Part shown: piece after piece, positions 40,867-52,075 of the stretch | Position numbering within the stretch: the stretch's first letter is position 1 | How the letters are laid out: every line of letters begins with the position of its first letter | Assembly (NCBI GenBank): GCA_964291215.2 | Contig: OZ219791.1 | Coordinates: 448,001-512,000 of the forward strand | DNA length: 64,000 bases | Source: Alphaproteobacteria bacterium | GTDB lineage: Bacteria > Pseudomonadota > Alphaproteobacteria > MPNO01 > UBA830 | Direction: 5' to 3' | Translations under genes and position numbers: made by a program | Notes under the pieces: model-generated | Databases searched by the model: none | What the model saw: the letters and a program-made list of their open reading frames with translations, nothing else | What the model was told of the DNA's origin: nothing

Positions 40867-42370
40867 CCTGATCGGCGAGCTGATTTTTTTGCGGCTGGGT
40901 TTTGGCTTTCTTGGAACCGTTGTTGAGTGTTGCCGCGTCGTTCAGGCGGGCGTCGTCGGGTTTGGTATGGATTGGGGGCGGTCTGGCCGCAGTTTTTGCG
41001 ACGATCCGGTCTTGATCGGGACTGCCCGGGCGCGCGTTTTCCTCCGGTGGGGTGCCGGTCGGGTTTTTCGGTGGGGCTCCTGGGCGCGGGGATCAGCCGG
41101 GCGCGGGCGGCAGCATGGCGAGGTTCATCCTCCGGCACGCTGCCATCAGATGGGGGCCGGCGTTGCCGAGCACGAGGGTGATCCGGCGGCCATGGTGGAC
41201 GACACGGGCGACGAGGTGGATTCACATCGCGCGCAGACGCTTCATCCGCGTCCATTGCCATTCCTGCCCGCAGGCGGTGCGGCACAGCAGCGCCAGCACG
41301 TTCATCGCCAGGGCCGCGAGCCACAGCCAGGCGGCATTCGCGCCGAACCGCCCCGACGGCATCATCCCGCCCGCCAGGTCGGACTTGAGCACCGCATGCA
41401 CCTCCTCGCCGTGACCGCAGCGGGCATGCGCCGCCGCGACCACCTCGAAGCTGTCCATGGTCTCCAGCCCGTTCGCCTTCTGCGCCCGGATGGCATCGGG
41501 GGCGGGGAAGTTGGTGACATAGGCCCCGATCCTGCAGGCGGGCCTGCCTTGGGCCGCAGGCAACTCCCCTTCGTCCAGGCCCAGCTCGCCCGGAAGAGCG
41601 CGCCGGGTCACGACATGGCGAACCACGTGATGCGGCTTCATCGCCAGGGTGCTTGCCGGGACATAGGGCAGTTCGGCGCATTCCAGCGGCGCCCTGTCCG
41701 GCGCCGCGCGCCTGTTGCGTCCGCTCACCGGGCGCCAGGCGTCTTCCCCGAGCCGCGCCACCTCCGCCATCAGCGGCTCCGAGCGCACCGCGCCGCAGAC
41801 CAACCCCACCGTGCCGAACCGACGCGTCTCCTCCCTGCGGAACGCCGGGTCGTTGCAGGCGCGGATCACCTCCTCCTGATAAGCGGCCGCGTCGCTGCGC
41901 AGCACTACACGACCTATGTCGTCGGGAAGCTGCAACAGCGCCTCTTCAAGCCCGCGCCGGTTGTCGAGCGTCGCCGGCACATTGCCATCGCGCATCTCAA
42001 GCCACGGGACCATGCCGAGCTCCGGGCAGAACGCAATCAGCGGCTGGTAGCCCCGCTCGCCCCGAACTACCCTCTCCGCAGCCCGGTAGGTGTACAGGCA
42101 CTCACGCTTGCCGGACGCGATGATCGTCGCGTCGAGGTCGATCGTCACCGAGCCCGCCTCCCGCACCCCTTCCGCCACAAGGCGCCGGTTCACCTCGCGA
42201 AGCAGGCCGTCCCTCTCACCCGGCACCGGGATGAACGCCGTCCCCTTCTCGCGTTCGGCGTCATGAACCCCCGCAACGTGAAAACGGTCCAGCCAGTCAC
42301 GGATCGAGCGCGCCGACGGCAAGCACCGTGTCTTTCCATCGCCCCTTGATCCGACCTTGCCCATATCACG
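40867..42370 (-). mobile_element. IS1380-family element, 5'-truncated
   Basis: 'TIDLDATII', 'GYQPL', 'EMRDGNVPA', 'LRSDAAAYQ', 'RCGHGEEVHAVLKSDLAGG.MPSGRFGANAAW', 'RMKRLR'. Confidence 0.85.
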
Positions 42371-42374
42371 GTCC

Positions 42375-42626
42375 ATGAGATTGTGGCTCACCCTCCGCAA
42401 GCAAGCAGGCCTTGATGATGTCCGCCTCCATGATCTGAGACACAACTTTGCCTCTCAGGCCGTCCTGAACGGTGTGCCGCTTCCGACCGTGGCGAGGCTT
42501 CTTGGTCACCGGCAGGTTTCGATGACCCTGCGCTATGCCCACGTTGCGGACAGCGAGGTCGAAGCGGCGGCGGAACGGGTCGGGAACGCGATGACACAGA
42601 TCATGACATCGTGCGCGGCATCCTGA
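42375..42626 (+). pseudogene. 3' fragment of an integrase paralogue
   Basis: 'W..LRKQAGLDDVRLHDLRHNFASQAVLNGVPLPTVARLLGH...MTLRYAHV'. Confidence 0.85.
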
Positions 42627-42896
42627 AGCCTTACTCGGGGTCGGTCCAATCCGGTTTCTTCGACCACGGTGCATTGGACACTGGTACGTAGTCCGGTCCC
42701 CGGGCAGGAATACACCGAAGATCGAAACCTTCGTCGAGGTTGCTGAGCGGCGCAAGCGAAGAGCAGCTCCTGTGATGGCTTGTACGGATACCGGCTGGCA
42801 CGGCGCGGCCTCTCCGGTCGGGGTGTCGTGTCGCTGTCTTGATTGCATCGCAGTCGCCGATAGGATGCAGTTGGCCGGCAGGCGGAGGACAGGAGT

Positions 42897-43139
42897 ATGG
42901 CGAGCATCACGGTCCGCAATCTCGACGACGAGGTGAAAACGCGGTTGCGCGTGCGGGCCGCGAAACACCATCGGTCAATGGAGGAAGAAGTGCGCATCAT
43001 CCTGCGCGAGGCTGTCGAGCTCAGGGAGTCCCCGAGGAATCTCGCAAGCGCCATTCGCGCCCGCATGGCGCCTCTCGGCGGCGTGGATCTTGAACTGCCG
43101 CCGCGCGGGCCGATGCGCGAACCGACCGCCTTCGATTGA
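42897..43139 (+). CDS. FitA/StbC-like ribbon-helix-helix antitoxin
   Basis: 'MASITVRNLDDEVKTRLRVRAAKHHRSMEEEVRIIL'; AGGAG RBS. Confidence 0.9.
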   Translation: MASITVRNLDDEVKTRLRVRAAKHHRSMEEEVRIILREAVELRESPRNLASAIRARMAPLGGVDLELPPRGPMREPTAFD

Positions 43140-43149
43140 GCGTGGCGCG

Positions 43150-43567
43150 ATGACTATCCTGCTGGACACGAATGTGGTATCCGAACTGTTGCGCCGGTCT
43201 CCCAGTCCGATCGTCGAGGCTTGGATGGGAGACCACCCTGCAACGGACCTGTATTTCTCGGCGATCGGCGAAGCGGAACTCTGGTACGGCGTTGCGATCC
43301 TCCCGGCCGGTCGGCGTCAGGCGGCGCTTGCTTCTGTCATCGAGACGATCCTGCGGGAAGACTTCGAAGGCCGCATCCTTTCCTTCGACAGTGCGGCGGC
43401 GCGGTACTATGCGGACATCGCAGCGTTCCGCCGGACGTCCGATCGGCTCGGCGGACTGCCAGATCGCAGTCATTACCCGGTCTCGCGGCATGGCGGTGGC
43501 GACCCGCAATGTCCGGGACTTCGAGGATACCGGCATCGATATCGTCGCCCCTTGGACAGCGGCATGA
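43150..43567 (+). pseudogene. vapC: VapC/FitB PIN-domain toxin, frameshifted near 43425
   Basis: 'ILLDTNVVSEL...EL..G...GRR' in one frame and 'AGRPI..ADCQIA......ATRNVRDF..TG....PW' in another. Confidence 0.85.
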
Positions 43568-43808
43568 GCGGCACGACGGAAGCCTTCGCCCGGGCAAAGA
43601 TCGACGCGTTGCTCAAGGACGCGGGATGGGACCTGACGGACAGTTCGAGCGTCCTGTTCGAACATGCGCTTCCCGACGGCACGCAGACCGACTACGTGCT
43701 CTGCGACCGGCAGGGTCGGCCCATGGCAGCGCTGGAGGCCAAGCGGGCGAGCATCGATCCCATTACGGCTCAGGACCAAGGCCGGCACTACGCCGAACAG
43801 CTCGGGGT
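43564..43808 (+). pseudogene. hsdR: Type I restriction enzyme HsdR N-terminal fragment truncated by an IS4 element
   Basis: 'EAFAR.KIDALLKDAGW', 'DYVLCDRQGRPMAALEAKR......A..QG..YAEQLGV|'. Confidence 0.8.
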
Positions 43809-45652
43809 CTTTCAACTGATCACTGTAAACTCGAAGCAACTGACGCCGTATATACGGTTCCATGAGAATCGGCCTGCGACATCATGGTGGCGGGACGGTG
43901 GCTGAAGGCACGGCTTGGCGCCAGGGATTGCAGGCGGACCTTTCTGGCACGTGAGCTCTGCGAGCGTGAGGACTGGCGGAACGCGAAGGGAGAACTATGC
44001 CTCGGCCGCGCTTCCAAAGTTCTCCGCCGCACTCGGTCTGCCTCTGCCGGAGGCTCGTCCGATGAGAGGAGTGACCCCGGAGTCCTTGGCCCCGTCGCCG
44101 GATTATCCCGACAAGCTCCTGTCGTGCCGTCTCGGCGATCTTGGCGTGGTTCCGGTTGCCGACGAGGACAAGTCGCTGGCGCGGTCGATGATGGCATCGC
44201 ACCATCCCGACGCGGCCTGTCCCGGGCATCCGCTACTGGATTCTCTCGTCCCTGCACGGCGTCCTCGGCGGCCTGGCGCTGCGTCATGGCATCACAAGGC
44301 GCGGGACCTCCACATCGGCTGGCGGCGCGGGACGCTAACATCGGGCGGGTTGTCAACAATGACAGGTTTCTTCCCGGCGTCCGCGGGCTTGCGTCCGTGT
44401 CGCTGTTCCATGGTCGCGTGGCGAACGATCGGGAGGAGCGCTACGGTGTTCGCCTGACGTACAGCTACGTGGGTGCAACTACGTGGGTGCGGAGCCTACC
44501 GTGCGGCGGCGTGCTGCAAGGGGTTGCGGGTGTACGTGAAGCCGCTGTCGGCGGACTGGTCTCTCGGGCGGGCCGGGTGATCGGTTCAGGCCCGCGTCGA
44601 GGGAGGATGGCGGAGTACGGACGGAGCGCGCACAGCGCCTTGTCACGATGGGCGAGGTCTGGTTCGGTCGTCCGGGTGCGCCGGTGATCTTTCCCGGCGA
44701 GGCGGAGCAGCTTGCAGGTTCCTGTCGAACCCGAGGATCGGCATGCAAGACAGCCGCATCAGGAGGCGATGCGTTGCCGCAGCCAGTCTGTTGCGGTTCA
44801 GGGATGCTGAACTACAGCGAGGCGACGCAGGGCCTTGTCGACATCGGCGGCTCCGGAAGCAAGGGGCTCATGTCGGCGTTGCGTTCAGCGGCTGCGCACT
44901 GGGGGTATTCAGCCTTGATTCCGCGCGGAGGACAAGGCAACGGCGGGCGAGGAAAGCGGACGGACGCCTTCGCCGAGGCGGCCTGTCCGCGAACTCGCCC
45001 GTCTGCGACCGTGAGGGCGACATGTGCTCTCTTCTGTCGGAAGCCGCCGCGCCCGGCGGCCTACTGGTCCGCGCCAGCCGTTCGGGCGGGCCATCACGGC
45101 GGACGGCAAGGTCAGGGACCTGTTCGCGGCCGAATTGGACATCGTCGCGGAGAAGACGATCGACCTGTGGCGGCCCCCGGACGCGCAAGGGGCGCAACAA
45201 GCTGCGGACCGCCCTGGGCACGGCCCCACTCACCATGCTTGCAGTGCGCGTCCTGGAGAAGACGCCGCCGACAGGCAGGGACCGGCTCAACTGGTTGCTC
45301 TTGACCACCGAAGGTGAGCCCACGCAGGAGAACGCGATCCGCGCCTGGAAACGCTGGCTGAGAGTGGTTCGCGGCCGTCAAGACCGGAACGCGGATCAAG
45401 GGGCTCAACGCCGCCGACGACCTGAAGAAGTGCCTCGCCTGCCATTACTGCATGCACCGTCATGTCCGTCGAGCGCCTCGCGCGGAGCGCATGCCGGCGC
45501 GCACGATCGTCCACGAGGACGAGATCCATGTCCTCGCCGTCCACATACCGAACCACCGCAGGCAACGCGGCCCAGGCGATCGCGGAGTTCGCCGTCAACA
45601 CCGCGCGCCTCGCCGGATTCATCCCGCGCCAGCCGGGCACCCACAAACTCTG

Positions 45653-47273
45653 GTGCGCCAGGCGAACTGGCAGAAGGTAGGGGGTGCAAGTCCCCCGAAA
45701 CGAAGGAGTAGCCAAACCACGTTTCTCCGCGAGCGTCGGTCCCCGTGAGGGGGCAGGCGAAGCGTCGGTAGCGGGGCTAATGAGCACCGAAAAAGGGATG
45801 ATTCGGGGTGCCGAGGCTTTCAGAGTGGTCGAAGGCAACATCGCAGACATCGGTATGGTGAGATGAGCCCCGCGGTGTCCAAGAACCCGTCCGTACGCCT
45901 TTTGTTGGGACCCTAAGAGATCTTCAAACTATCCCGCCTGTCGGGACCGTGTAGGGAAGGAGAAAGCCTGTGACGAACGGTTTGAAGAAGGGGCCCTGTG
46001 AAGGCGGCGAACAAGGAAGCTTCTGCGGAGGAGGAAAGGGCCTCAACCAAGGGGAATTCGGGACGCCAAAGCACGCGCCGAACACAGAGTCGGGTGCCAC
46101 AGAAGGCGGACCGGAGCTGCAAAGAGGAACCCGAAGGAGCGTGCGCTCTTCCACCACGCCGGATGCACTCCGGTTGGCCTGAAGAAGGAAGCCGCGGCAG
46201 GGGGCGTGACGGCGAAGATCTGGACGAGCGCCTGCTCGACTTGCACTCGCGCCTGCGGGGGAGCGTACCGGGCGTCGCCAGTGGGTGGAGATACCCAAGG
46301 CGGGATACGACCACTTGCTGCACTGGAGGACAAGATCGTCCAGAAGGCAGTTGTGGATGTGATCCTGACACCGATCTACGAGGTGGAGTTCCTTGGCTAC
46401 GGGTTCGGGCCGAAGGGCGCTCTCGACGCCCTGGCGTACGGGATCGAACGGCGCAAGGTCAACTGGATTGTTGATGCGGACATTCGGGCATACTTCGACA
46501 CGGGGATTGGTTGATTACGTTCCTCGAGTACCGCGACAGGCGAGTGCTGATCCGCAAGTGGCTGAACGCTGGCGTCATGGAGCGACACCGGTGTCGGGAC
46601 GCCGCAGGGCGCGATTGTCAGCCCCTGCGAACATATTCCTGCACTACGTGCTTGATCTGTGGTTCCACAAGGCGTCCGAAGGTTCCGGACGGTCAAGCGA
46701 TCATTGTCCGGGACGATATCGTGGTCGGGTTTCAGCACAAGCGGGATGCGGAGCAATACCTTCGCGATGTTCGGGAAAGGCCGCTTTGGTCTCACCCGGA
46801 CAATCGTCGAGTTCGGCCGGTTCGCCATGGCGAACTGCCTGAAGCGCGGGTTCGACTTCCCGGGTTTCAGGCACTTCTGCACGAGGACCCGGACAGGACG
46901 GTTCAGGCTCGGTCGCAAAACGGGTCGCAAGGACCCGCATCGAGGAGGGGCTTCGCAAACGATGGCATTACGACATATGGGAGGTCGGCAAATGGCGAGT
47001 CTGTCAAGGCTGGCTCAACTACTTCGCCGTTCCGGGCTGTACACGTTCCGTCAGAGGCTGAAACGCCGGTGGATGCGGGCGATACGCCGCCGCTCCCAAC
47101 GCCACCGCTTCAACTGGAAGCGATTGGAGCGCATGACCGAACTTCTTTGGCCGCCCATCCGTCACCCATGGCCGGACCAGCGGTTTGCCGTCAAGCACCC
47201 GACGCCGGATGGATTAGCGTCCAAGTCCGGATCTGTGCGGGGGGTGCGCAGCAATGCGCATTCCTACCGCGAC
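45653..47273 (+). mobile_element. Group II intron (class E-like), degenerate
   Basis: 5' GTGCGC; 3' D5/D6 gccggatg...gtccggatctgtgcggggggtgcgcagcaatgcgcattcctaccgcgac; removal restores the IS4 codons CTC TG|G GAA GGA. Confidence 0.85.
45970..47200 (+). pseudogene. ltrA: Group II intron reverse transcriptase/maturase, fragmented
   Basis: 'RPL..ALEDKIVQ', 'PIYE.EFLG.YGF', 'WIVDADIRAYFD', 'GTPQG', 'ANIFLHYVLDLWF', 'VR--DDIVVGF', 'FDF.GF.H'. Confidence 0.85.
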
Positions 47274-47786
47274 GGAAGGATACCTGATCTTGTTCACTGA
47301 AAACTACCGGGGCGACTACGCCAACATCGAGTCGACAGTGTACCATTGAAAGGCCCTGCTCCGCCAACGCGGGCCTCCAACACCACAGGCGCCGCCATGA
47401 CGGCACCGACATCCCCGCAGCACAAACGGTGGGCATACCGTCGCGCCGCTCTGCGTCCTCATGACATCAGACTGTCGTCCACAGCCCTCCAGAACCCCAT
47501 GCCAGGGCGATCGCCCGCGTCCTGCAGGCCCCACATCCTTCGTCACAGGCCGAACATCACGCACCGACATCGGACAACACGCCTCCTTGCGCGTCCGTAA
47601 ACAACACCTCCTTCACACTTTCTGCATGTCGACACCGGGGCGGCGCGGCCTTCGTCCAAACCCGCTTGGTGACGGCGCTCCGGCCGTCACTAACCAGAAT
47701 CTTTAAGGTGACCCGATTTTTTGACTACCGATAGATGAGCATTCACGTCGCAACTTGGTCACGCAAGGAAATCATCCCCTTTTCAA

Positions 47787-47978
47787 CACGATGATCCCAT
47801 GCTGATTCCGAGATGCGAAATCCGAGTGCGTTGGGGCTCGCGTCATCGCAGATCGCCCCTTGATCGCAATTTTTCGCGCCGAGAAGGTCTCATTGAGCCT
47901 TGGCGGCACGATTGAAGCGCGACGCAGACCGAAAAATCTCGCCGGTCGCCGCTGGATTAGCAGCGCGGGATCGTCGTG
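47787..47978. mobile_element. MITE family A, copy 3
   Basis: Imperfect TIR cacgatgatccc / gggatcgtcgtg with perfect 9-bp TSD ccttttcaa. Confidence 0.85.
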
Positions 47979-48252
47979 CCTTTTCAACCGGTCGGGGAAG
48001 GTATGATTGCGAACGGAACGGCCGACGACAAGGCGGCCCAAACCTTGCCGCCTGCCATCAGCTATGCTACAGGGGCCCTGCGCAGGGGTCGGGCGGTTCG
48101 GCGACCGAACGGACAGGCTGCCGCTGACCGGCCGCGCGGACAGACTAGGAGTGCGGTTCAAGGATTCCGCACTTTCGGGGGCGCTTTCTCTCAGCGTCCC
48201 GCGGAGGTGGCGGACCGGGCCGAGCAACATGACCCCGCTGGGAGGCAGAATC

Positions 48253-48825
48253 GTGACTGACAGGATGCATGGCCGAGCCGGGGCGCTCGGCATTGTGACA
48301 GTCTTGGCCGGTTCTCTCATGCTGGCTGGCTGCGAGAACGCGGTAATCCCCGGTTCGCCTGAAGATCCGCATCCGCCAGGAACCGGCCTGCCCGGAACCG
48401 AGGGAGCAGAGGGTAGCATTTTCGGCGAGGGCGGCCTGGATCTGACGCGCCTGACAGGCCTCGACTCCGACGAGGACGACCGGGGCGGCGTCCTAGGCGT
48501 GAACAGCTTCCTCTGGCGAGCCAGCCTCGACACTATATCGTTCATGCCGCTGGCTTCGGCCGACCCCTTTGGAGGCGTGATCATCACCGACTGGCACTCG
48601 CTGCCCGAAACGCCGAACGACAGGTTCAAGGTCACCGTATACATACTCGACCGCCAGCTGCGCGCCGACGGCCTGCGCGTTTCGATGTTCCGCCAGAACC
48701 GCGCTGGCAGCGGCGCGGACTGGCAACCCCAGCAGGTCGCCCCGAAAACAGTGACCCAGCTGGAAGACCAGATCCTCACCAGGGCGCGACAGCTGCGGTC
48801 CGTCGCCACGGCCGGATCGCGCTAG
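48253..48825 (+). CDS. DUF3576 lipoprotein
   Basis: Lipobox 'LAGC', 'GVNSFLWRASLDTISFMPLASADPFGGVIITDW'; upstream of leuS. Confidence 0.85.
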   Translation: MTDRMHGRAGALGIVTVLAGSLMLAGCENAVIPGSPEDPHPPGTGLPGTEGAEGSIFGEGGLDLTRLTGLDSDEDDRGGVLGVNSFLWRASLDTISFMPLASADPFGGVIITDWHSLPETPNDRFKVTVYILDRQLRADGLRVSMFRQNRAGSGADWQPQQVAPKTVTQLEDQILTRARQLRSVATAGSR

Positions 48826-48926
48826 CGCCCGGCCCTTGAACATACCCCGGCTGTTTCAGGCGAAGCACGGAAAGATGCCGGTCCGGGCGGTCGCAAGGCG
48901 CCCGCGTTCGGCAATAACCTGCGGTC

Positions 48927-51503
48927 ATGGCAACCGATAGCACCTCCTCAAGATATCCCTTCAAGGACACCGAAGCGCGCTGGCAGGCGGCATGGGACGA
49001 GCGCCACACCTTCGCCGCCGAAGAGGATGCGCAAAGACTCAAATACTATGTTCTCGAGATGTTCCCGTATCCCTCGGGCCGCATCCACATGGGACATGTC
49101 CGCAACTACACGATGGGCGACGTGGTTGCGCGCTACAAGCGCGCCCGTGGCTTCAACGTTCTGCACCCCATGGGTTGGGATGCTTTCGGCCTGCCCGCGG
49201 AAAACGCGGCCATGGAACAGAAGGTCCACCCGGCCGAATGGACCTACAACAACATCGACACCATGCGTGACCAGCTCCGGATGATGGGGCTCTCGATCGA
49301 CTGGAATCGCGAGATCGCGACCTGCCACCCGGACTATTACCGCCACCAGCAGCAGATGTTCCTCGATTTCCTGGAAGCCGGGCTGGCCTATCGGCATGAA
49401 GCCTGGGTGAACTGGGATCCGGAGGAACAGACCGTGCTCGCCAACGAGCAGGTCATTGACGGCCACGGCTGGCGGTCGGGAGCGCCGGTCGAGAAACGCA
49501 ACCTTGCCCAGTGGTTCTTCCGGATCTCGGAATATGCGCAGGATCTGCTCGATGCGATAGGCGACCTCGACCGGTGGCCCGAAAAGGTGCGGCTGATGCA
49601 GGCGAACTGGATCGGACGCTCGGAAGGCCTGCGCATCGCCTTCGAGATCGAGAACCCGCCGGACGGCGCCGATACGCTTGAGGTCTACACGACCCGGCAC
49701 GACACCCTGTTTGGTGCGAGCTTCTGCGCCGTTTCCCCGGAACACCCGCTGGCAGCCAGACTCGCGGCAGAGGACGCCGCCCTTGCCGATTTCATCGCCG
49801 AATGCAGCGCGCTGGGCACTTCGGAAGCCGTTATCGAACAGGCCGAGAAGCGCGGCCACGACACCGGGCTGCGCGTCAGGCATCCCTTCATTACGGGCAC
49901 GACGCTGCCGGTCTATGTCGCCAACTTCGTGCTCATGGACTACGGAACCGGCGCGATCTTCGGGTGCCCGGCGCATGACCAGCGCGATCTCGAGTTCGCC
50001 CGCAGATACGGACTCGATGTCCTTCCCGTCGTCATTCCGCCGGACGAGGGTCAGGATTTCGAGATCGGCGACCGCGCCTATACCGGACCGGGATTGCTGG
50101 CCAATTCCGATTTCCTCGACGGAATGGATATCGACTCGGCCAAGGCCGAGATCGCGGCGCGCATCGAGGCCGCGGACACGGGCCGCCGCGAGGTCAATTT
50201 CCGGCTGCGCGACTGGGGCGTTTCGCGACAGCGCTACTGGGGATGCCCGATACCCGTCATCCATTGCCCAAATTGCGGCGTGGTGCCGGTGCCGAGAGCG
50301 GATCTACCGGTCATCCTTCCCCATGACGTGACGTTCGACCAGCCCGGCAACCCCCTCGACCACCATCCGGACTGGGCCGATGCCGCCTGCCCGCAATGCG
50401 GCACCAGCGCGCGGCGCGAAACCGACACCTTCGACACCTTCGTCGATTCGTCCTGGTATTTTGCGCGCTTCTGCTCACCGCAGAGCGACCAACCGGTCGA
50501 CGGGACCGCAGTCGATTACTGGCTGCCGGTGGACCAGTATATCGGCGGCGTCGAGCATGCCATCCTGCACCTGCTCTATTCCCGCTTCTTCACCCGCGCG
50601 ATGAAGCGGACCGGTCATACGCGGATCGACGAACCCTTCGCCGGGCTGTTCACCCAGGGCATGGTCCTCCACGAGACTTACCGAACCGAGAGCGGCGAGC
50701 CGGTGGAGCCGATCGACGTGGTCCACGATGAAGCCGGTGCGCTGCGTCATGTCCGGACCGGCCAGCCGCTCCTTGCCGGCCGTTCCGAAAAGATGTCCAA
50801 GTCCCGAAAGAACGTGATCGATCCGGTCCACATCATCGAAACCTACGGTGCCGACACGGCGCGGTGGTTCATGCTGTCGGACAGCCCGCCGGACAGGGAT
50901 CTGGACTGGACCGAGGCCGGAATCACCGGCGCATCGAGGTTCGTCAACCGACTCTGGCGGCTAGTCGGCGGACACGCCGCGCATCTGCCGCCGCCCGGCG
51001 TCCACCCGGCAGGCAGCGATGCCGGGCACGAGCTGAGACGCGCCGCGCATGCCGCCATCGCCAATGTGACCGAGGATCTCGAGACATTCCATTTCAACCG
51101 CGCGGTTGCCCGCGTCCACGAGCTCGTCAACACGGTATCGCTTGCCGACGAGGCCGTACCGGGGCCGGTGCTGCGCGAAGCTCTCGAGATCGCGACGCTT
51201 CTCGTCGGACCGATGATGCCCCATCTCGCCGAGGAGCTGTGGCGGATGCTCGGACACGGGACCCTGGTCGCCGAGTCGCCGTGGCCGAAGGCCGACGCCG
51301 ATCTCCTGATCGACGATTCCATAAGGGTTGCGGTGCAGGTCCGCGGCCGTCTTCGCGGCACGATCGAACTGCCGCGTGACGCAGGCCAGGAGCAGGCCGA
51401 GGATCTGGCGCTGGCGCTTCCGACCGTCGTGGCGGCGCTCGCCGGGGCCCCGGTGACCAAAGTGATCTATGTGCCGAACCGCATCATCAACGTCATCCAT
51501 TGA
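48927..51503 (+). CDS. leuS: Leucine--tRNA ligase
   Basis: 'MFPYPSG..HMGH', '[13 protein letters not shown]', 'DW..SRQRYWG.PIP', 'KMSKS'. Confidence 0.98.
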   Translation: MATDSTSSRYPFKDTEARWQAAWDERHTFAAEEDAQRLKYYVLEMFPYPSGRIHMGHVRNYTMGDVVARYKRARGFNVLHPMGWDAFGLPAENAAMEQKVHPAEWTYNNIDTMRDQLRMMGLSIDWNREIATCHPDYYRHQQQMFLDFLEAGLAYRHEAWVNWDPEEQTVLANEQVIDGHGWRSGAPVEKRNLAQWFFRISEYAQDLLDAIGDLDRWPEKVRLMQANWIGRSEGLRIAFEIENPPDGADTLEVYTTRHDTLFGASFCAVSPEHPLAARLAAEDAALADFIAECSALGTSEAVIEQAEKRGHDTGLRVRHPFITGTTLPVYVANFVLMDYGTGAIFGCPAHDQRDLEFARRYGLDVLPVVIPPDEGQDFEIGDRAYTGPGLLANSDFLDGMDIDSAKAEIAARIEAADTGRREVNFRLRDWGVSRQRYWGCPIPVIHCPNCGVVPVPRADLPVILPHDVTFDQPGNPLDHHPDWADAACPQCGTSARRETDTFDTFVDSSWYFARFCSPQSDQPVDGTAVDYWLPVDQYIGGVEHAILHLLYSRFFTRAMKRTGHTRIDEPFAGLFTQGMVLHETYRTESGEPVEPIDVVHDEAGALRHVRTGQPLLAGRSEKMSKSRKNVIDPVHIIETYGADTARWFMLSDSPPDRDLDWTEAGITGASRFVNRLWRLVGGHAAHLPPPGVHPAGSDAGHELRRAAHAAIANVTEDLETFHFNRAVARVHELVNTVSLADEAVPGPVLREALEIATLLVGPMMPHLAEELWRMLGHGTLVAESPWPKADADLLIDDSIRVAVQVRGRLRGTIELPRDAGQEQAEDLALALPTVVAALAGAPVTKVIYVPNRIINVIH

Positions 51504-52032
51504 CCGGCCGGCCCTGCGCCGCGCCGTCTGCGCAGCTGCCGTCCTTGCCGCCACGGCGCAGGCCTGCGGCTTTCAGCCCATGTACGGCGCCAAGGACCCC
51601 GCGGTTCCGAGACTGCTCGAGAGGGTCGAAATCGCATCGATTGCAGATCGCACGGGCCAGCTGCTGAGGCACGAATTGACGCGGCGGTTCAAGCCGCGGG
51701 GCAACTCGGGCCCGGATCTCTACACGCTCACGGTGTCGCTCAGCGAAGAGTCGGAAGGGATCGGACTTCGCATCGACGAAACCGCGACCCGGATCAACCT
51801 GTCATTGACGGCAAGGTTTGCCATGCGCGACAAGGCTACAGGCCTGACGCGGCTCCAGGGAACCGAGGTGTCGGTCAACAGCTACAACGTTCTCAGGTCG
51901 GATTTTGCCACGGTCCACGCCCGCGCCGACGCCCGCCAACGCGCCATCACCCGGATCGCCGAGAGCATCACGAGGCGGGTCTCGATCTGGATTCTGCAGA
52001 GCAACCAGGCGAAAGACGGGAGCAAGGGGTGA
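51469..52032 (+). CDS. lptE: LPS assembly lipoprotein LptE (start uncertain)
   Basis: Lipobox-like '[10 protein letters not shown]'; leuS-lptE-holA synteny. Confidence 0.8.
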   Translation: MCRTASSTSSIDRPALRRAVCAAAVLAATAQACGFQPMYGAKDPAVPRLLERVEIASIADRTGQLLRHELTRRFKPRGNSGPDLYTLTVSLSEESEGIGLRIDETATRINLSLTARFAMRDKATGLTRLQGTEVSVNSYNVLRSDFATVHARADARQRAITRIAESITRRVSIWILQSNQAKDGSKG

Positions 52033-52075
52033 CGATGCACGACGCGCCGGCCACGGCCGTACTCCCGGCCCGGCC

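Larger units (their letters stand above)
43809..47352 (+). mobile_element. IS4-family (IS50/Tn5-like) element with DUF4338 N-terminus, heavily deleted, carrying a group II intron
   Basis: Imperfect 26-bp TIR ctttcaa.....cactgt..actcga at both ends; 'WRNAKGELC', 'ASWHHKARDLHIGW', 'VVNNDRFL', 'VCDREGD', 'LVRA', 'WLLLTT', 'PGTHKLW|EGY'. Confidence 0.75.

Noticed and set aside
45970-47200. Retron, DGR or defence-associated RT
   Set aside because: The RT is flanked by group II intron 5' and D5/D6 ends with precise exon rejoining; no template/variable repeat pair or msr-msd was seen.
47353-47745. Possible further transposase remnant
   Set aside because: Too degraded to assign by eye.
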